DNA of 63,417 nt, counting the filler, from Octopus bimaculoides (Eukaryota): assembly GCF_001194135.2 (NCBI RefSeq). It is 5 parts of 4 records of this genome, joined end to end, with 100 filler letters (N's around TTAATTAATTAA, not from the genome) between each part and the next. Parts side by side here need not be neighbours in the genome. Positions count along the whole stretch, not along the records: positions 60,402 to 63,417 come from NC_068988.1; 4 more parts are not named here. One strand, given 5' to 3'. This document shows, one piece after another, positions 61,955 to 63,417 of this stretch (positions within the stretch are counted from its first letter, which is position 1; each line of letters begins with the position of its first letter). The notes beneath the pieces are model-generated. The model searched no databases. It was not told the origin of the DNA and saw only the letters and a program-made list of their open reading frames with translations. A program made the translations under genes and the position numbers.

Positions 61955-62365
61955 ACTCTAGGCACACGGCTCGAAATTTTTGTGGGGAGATCGACCCCAG
62001 TGCGTAACTGGTACTTAATTTATCGCCTCCTGAAATGATGAAAGGCAAAGTCGACCTCGACGGAAATTGAACTCAGAACGTAAAGACAAACGAAATACCG
62101 CTAAACATTTCGCCCGACGTGCTAACTTTTCTCATTTCTTTATTGCACACAAGGGGCTAATCATAGAGGGGACAAAGAAGGACAGATAAAGGAATTAAGT
62201 CGATTACATCGACCCCAGTGCGTAACTGGTACTTAATTTATCGACTCTTGAAAGGATGAATGGCAAAGTCGATCTCGGCGGAATTTGAACTCAGAACGTA
62301 ACGGCAGACGAAATACCGCTAAGCACTTCGCCCTGCGTGCTAACGATTCTGTCATCTCGTCGCCT
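61955..62365 (-). mobile_element. Two tandem SINE family A copies with different 3' tails
   Basis: Both contain TCGACCCCAGTGCGTAACTGGTACTTAATTTATCG..GAACTCAGAACGTAA. One tail is CTCTAGGCACACGGCTCGAAATTTT, the other ATTTCTTTATTGCACACAAGGGGCTAA. Confidence 0.92.
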
Positions 62366-62588
62366 TAATATATCTATAGATATATAGAAGGAAAGAAACA
62401 TATACACCCATACACATATATGTACAAACATATAAATATATGTTGTTAGTTTATCTTCTTTTCTCTTCTTCCTTCTCTTCCCTTCTCTTTTTATTCATTT
62501 CCACCTCCTCATCCATTTGCTTCTCATTACTCTAAACATCTTCTTAATAGACCTGCCAAAATACTAATCACTTCTCTACCACTTTCAG

Positions 62589-62680
62589 ATATCATCCGAC
62601 GCTCTTTCCCTGCCCAACACCGCACCAACAACCCGACCGAAATTATTGACGTTGGAGGGAAAGTGATTATACCCGGATTC
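62589..62680 (+). CDS. Candidate exon of an amidohydrolase-superfamily enzyme (allantoinase/dihydropyrimidinase-like N-terminal beta-sandwich motif); 3' boundary unresolved
   Basis: Long pyrimidine tract, TACTAAT branch point at 62562 and CTTTCAG acceptor. Reads (D)IIRRSFPAQHRTNNPTEIIDVGGKVIIPGF. The expected xDxHxH does not follow and there is no GT directly after PG. Confidence 0.45.
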
Positions 62681-62779
62681 CATTTATCAGCTTCGTTATC
62701 TTGGTTATATCATCATCAAAGTTTCACCACCAGTACCGCCACCACCGCCACCCCCAACTACACCGCAACAACCTTCATC

Positions 62780-62941
62780 AGCATCATTATCCCCATCATC
62801 GTCGTCATCATCATCATCGCCATCATCACCATCATCATCATTATCTTCATTACCAACACTACCACTATCATCATCATCATCATCATCATCATCACCATAA
62901 ACATCATCACCTACATCATCGTCATCATCGTCATCATGATC

Positions 62942-63014
<73 letters not shown>

Positions 63015-63020
63015 CCATCG
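62780..63020. repeat. Long (CAT)n trinucleotide microsatellite, degenerate 5' part
   Basis: Directly visible; source of the poly-His, poly-Ile and poly-Asp ORFs. Confidence 0.95.
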
Positions 63021-63417
63021 TATATTAATTGTCGTCCTCGAACGTAATCGTCAGCGTTGTCCACGACGCCGTGGATGTCTTTACTGAAAGAAGGAGGGAT
63101 GTCACGCCACGTGACCGGTTTTCAAGGGATTGAAAAAGTACAGGGAGACAGAGGAATCTACATTTATAAAGAGAAAATAATTTATTTACTAAATAGTTGA
63201 ACGATTATATTACCTGTATATTACATTGGATATGCGCTGATACGTGGTTCCGTCCATCAAAACATTTACTTACTTCTTAAATACATACATACATAATGAC
63301 ATATATACATACATACATATATATACGTGAGTCTTTTCCAAATACAAAGTTGGGCAAAAGTATGACTTTAAATGCTAAGCAACACTCTTGCCGGTATATA
63401 TATATATATATATATAT

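Larger units (their letters stand above)
531..63417. repeat. Pervasive (TA)n, (CA)n, (GA)n, (TAGA)n, (CATA)n and (AAC/AAT)n microsatellites; most scaffold N gaps are flanked by them
   Basis: Dozens of arrays, e.g. 2325-2385, 7000-7390, 17490-17930, 43670-43915 and 60690-60975. Confidence 0.98.

Noticed and set aside
2001-63064. Many ORFs of HT/YI/CV/LS/RE dipeptide repeats and long poly-X ORFs
   Set aside because: They are translations of dinucleotide/tetranucleotide microsatellites and N gaps, not genes
62663-63087. Poly-His, poly-Ile and poly-Asp ORFs
   Set aside because: All three arise from one (CAT)n array in different frames and strands; no supporting gene structure

Overview
AT-rich, microsatellite-saturated animal DNA, most likely an Octopus (coleoid cephalopod) short-read draft assembly; this taxon call is inferred from my recognition of the SINE families. 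The window is not one locus. Four identical 100-bp spacers (N44-TTAATTAATTAA-N44) at 17390, 30689, 52831 and 60302 join five separate scaffolds: S1 1-17389, S2 17490-30688, S3 30789-52830, S4 52931-60301 and S5 60402-end. Almost all ORFs in the supplied track are translations of (CA)n/(TA)n/(TAGA)n/(CAT)n microsatellites or of N gaps. Real content is several tRNA-headed SINE families (labelled A, B, C and F here for convenience), fragments of CR1, RTE and R4/Dong LINEs, several Tc1/mariner relics, and hAT-, pogo- and piggyBac-like MITEs, plus a few short candidate spliced exons, including an amidohydrolase-like IDxGGKVIIPGF exon. The most interesting signal is a set of minimal, Penelope-type hammerhead ribozyme motifs in small TSD-flanked insertions. 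The best is at 33616-34089: a tRNA-like Pol III head, an (AAT)n spacer and a hammerhead, preceded by an inverted second hammerhead copy, all flanked by a 10-bp direct repeat. This suggests a ribozyme-bearing SINE mobilised by Penelope-like elements. Other points of note are a palindromic fold-back mariner, and CpG decay that switches on and off at the scaffold joins. Boundaries of degenerate repeats are approximate (about +/-20 bp).
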